Origin: Lachnospirales bacterium
Lineage (GTDB): Bacteria > Bacillota > Clostridia > Lachnospirales > CAG-274
Assembly (NCBI GenBank): GCA_051892075.1
Contig: JBJFFW010000068.1
Coordinates: 1 to 24,000, forward strand
Reading direction: 5' to 3'
Length of the DNA: 24,000 nucleotides
In this document: positions 23,377-24,000 of the stretch, in pieces
Layout of the letters: each line of letters opens with the position of its first letter
Position numbering within the stretch: position 1 is the first letter of the stretch
Position numbers and translations under genes: made by a program
The notes under the pieces: generated by a model
What the model was told of the DNA's origin: nothing
Databases searched by the model: none
What the model saw: only the letters and a program-made list of their open reading frames with translations

Positions 23377-23688
23377 ATGTACGCAATTATTGAAACAGGT
23401 GGTAAGCAGTATAAGGTTTGCGAAGGCGATATTATTACTGTTGAAAAGTTAGGCGTTGAGGCTGATTCAAAGTATACTTTTGATAATGTTTTAGCTGTAT
23501 CTAATGGTGATAGCATTACTGTTGGTACTCCAGTTGTTGCTGGTGCAAGTGTTGAAGCTACAGTTATTGGCGACGGTAAGGCTAAGAAGGTTATCGTTTA
23601 CAAGTATAAGCCAAAGAAGGGCTTCCACAAGAAGAACGGTCACAGACAGCCTTTCACTAAGTTAAAGATTGAAAAAATCAATGGCTAA
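23377..23688 (+). CDS. rplU: 50S ribosomal protein L21
   Basis: '[18 protein letters not shown]...[25 protein letters not shown]' is the canonical L21 sequence. The RBS is aaggagg. Confidence 0.97.
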   Translation: MYAIIETGGKQYKVCEGDIITVEKLGVEADSKYTFDNVLAVSNGDSITVGTPVVAGASVEATVIGDGKAKKVIVYKYKPKKGFHKKNGHRQPFTKLKIEKING

Positions 23689-23987
23689 TGATTAAGGTAA
23701 AAGTTTTAAGAGATAATAATAAGGCTTATGGTGTAGATATTAAAAACCATGGTGATAAAATTGTGTGTTCAGCAGTTTCTATATTACTTCTTAACTGTGT
23801 AAACAGTATTGAAGTTTTTACAGATGCAGATTTTAAGTTTGAATGTGCAAAAATGGGCGGAGATGCAGTTTTTAAGATTGTGGAGTTTGATGATAAGGGT
23901 AAAGCAGAGCTTTTACTTGAAAGCCTTATATTAGGTTTAAAATCTATTGAAGAAAGTTATAATAAGGATATTAAAGTTTTCGATTAG
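23688..23987 (+). CDS. prp: Ribosomal-processing cysteine protease Prp (YsxB family), which cleaves the L27 N-terminal extension
   Basis: A 99-aa protein encoded between rplU and the expected rpmA. It carries 'NHGDKIVCSAVSILLLN' (His/Cys dyad context). Its ATG overlaps the rplU stop (TAATG). An AGGAGGTG follows at the window end for the next gene. Confidence 0.85.
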   Translation: MIKVKVLRDNNKAYGVDIKNHGDKIVCSAVSILLLNCVNSIEVFTDADFKFECAKMGGDAVFKIVEFDDKGKAELLLESLILGLKSIEESYNKDIKVFD

Positions 23988-24000
23988 GAGGTGCAAGAAA

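Noticed and set aside
23319-23516. 65-aa minus-strand ORF over the rplU start
   Set aside because: It is antisense to the highly conserved L21 gene and its leader, so a real gene is implausible.

Overview
AT-rich chromosomal segment that looks like a low-GC Firmicute of the class Clostridia. The clues are codon usage, a T-box leader, an agr module, a dockerin, anaerobic cbi genes and rplU-prp synteny. I found no rRNA, tRNA, CRISPR array, transposase or integrase. From left to right: (1) A Trp-type T-box leader with its attenuator, controlling a stand-alone TrpB2-class tryptophan synthase beta homologue. (2) A complete agr-type quorum-sensing module in the order LytTR regulator, AgrC-like kinase, AgrB-like peptidase, then a 43-aa AgrD-like precursor. 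The precursor is too short for the ORF track, and its predicted ring residue is Ser rather than Cys. (3) A roughly 10.5-kb operon of six tightly packed genes for an ABC-transporter-dependent cell-envelope glycopolymer. It encodes a TagG/Wzm permease, a TagH/Wzt ATPase with a C-terminal extension, and a SAM methyltransferase fused to a tail of 11-residue repeats. It also encodes a 1019-aa GT2-HAD-unknown-domain fusion, a 1006-aa LtaS-family transferase with a duplicated N-terminal ectodomain, and a stand-alone paralogue of the unknown domain. (4) A secreted BspA-type LRR protein with a C-terminal dockerin, followed 10 nt later by a 160-aa RelA/SpoT-type HD hydrolase, then a 102-aa protein made of five YD-like repeats. 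(5) On the minus strand, cbiG, cbiH and a cbiJ-cbiE-cbiT triple fusion, ending in a translationally coupled acidic lipoprotein, with no cobalamin riboswitch upstream. (6) A divergent near-consensus promoter pair leading into rplU and prp; rpmA would start just past the window end. The best candidates for something undescribed are the methyl-cap plus coiled-coil ruler style glycopolymer pathway with its unusual fusions, the Ser-type AgrD, and the SAH plus mini-YD-repeat pair. All functional calls come from motif reading by eye. No database search was run.
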